Assembly: GCF_947568905.1 (NCBI RefSeq)
Contig: NC_079172.1
Span: 15,810,001-15,874,000 of the forward strand
Origin: Ostrea edulis
Lineage: Eukaryota
Reading direction: 5' to 3'
Length of the DNA: 64,000 bases
Shown: positions 63,209-64,000 of the stretch, piece after piece
Numbering within the stretch: the first letter of the stretch is position 1
Layout: each line of letters opens with the position of its first letter
Program-made: the position numbers and the translations under genes
Notes under the pieces: generated by a model
Told to the model about the DNA's origin: nothing
Seen by the model: the letters and a program-made list of their open reading frames with translations, nothing else
Database searches by the model: none

Positions 63209-64000
63209 ATATTCTTGTGTAATTTCAGAAAGCGTCACTATATAGGAAAAAATGATCTCATTTCAATGCAACAGAATTTAGTATATAAGAGGGAAGTAAC
63301 TATATAAATACATGTCAATCAATTTACACAATCGATACTGATTAAATTTAAAAACTATTATGACTTAATTACTAGTAATCATACTGATGAATTTCAAATA
63401 TCATGAAGTATTATAGTACTAGTTGACCTACATGTACATGTATTTATAGTGAGATATCTAAGAAAATTTCAAAATCATATATTTGGATTACCATAAATCT
63501 GGTTATTTTTGCTGTTGATTAATCTTTAGCGTTTTTGTAAGTCAGTTGGATTTGCAAAAATATTTTTCTCAAAAATAATCTTTCACACATTTTTTAATAA
63601 GTTTTTACATAAATTCGCAAAAATAAGAAATACAAACAAAAATAAATATATAGGCTTTTTACTCAAATTCGCAAAAATAAATAGACACAAAAATATCCAG
63701 ATTTATGGTATATATCTTAATTTTAATTCAACTTTTAGATAACACTCATTTTAAAATTATCATCATGGAGACGGATAACCAATACAGACAATCTGATTAA
63801 AATAAGATCCTTAATCCGCTCCTTTTTCTTCATCTTTTTTCTTTCTTGTCGCTACATGAGTAGCGACAAGATGAAGAAAGAGGAGCGGATCGAGGATCTG
63901 ATTTTAATCATATTGCCAATACAGCTAGTTTACAAATGGTGAGTTGGGAGATGAGTACTAAAAACAAATGTAAATCTGTGCCTCTATTTATATCTTATAG

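Overview
AT-rich, repeat-dense eukaryotic DNA, most consistent with an oyster or other bivalve genome (HINE/Helentron-type elements, tRNA-SINEs with Meta/Deu/V-like cores, Penelope-like RT fragments). Three coding loci were reconstructed by hand, all on the minus strand. (1) Four separate, diverged, intact ATG-started first coding exons of a Rab24-like GTPase (22195-22323, 14670-14792, 9929-10048, 2814-2942). Each encodes beta1, the P-loop and the start of switch I, and ends in a phase-0 GTAAG donor at the same protein position. I found no exon 2+ sequence between them, which suggests a variable-first-exon array spliced to shared constant exons left of the window. Only two of the four appear in the ORF track. 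(2) A three-exon gene for a secreted Gly/Tyr-rich shell-matrix-like protein (CDS 28729-29632). (3) Sixteen frame-consistent exons of a HECTD2 E3 ligase (37040-61367, 605 aa, N-terminus not found). Four of its splice junctions have been amplified into tandem arrays of splice sites. The rest is nested TEs, including a TIR element carrying a decayed Ulp1/C48 protease interrupted by a Penelope-like element, plus mini- and microsatellites. All of this comes from manual reading; no alignments or searches were run.
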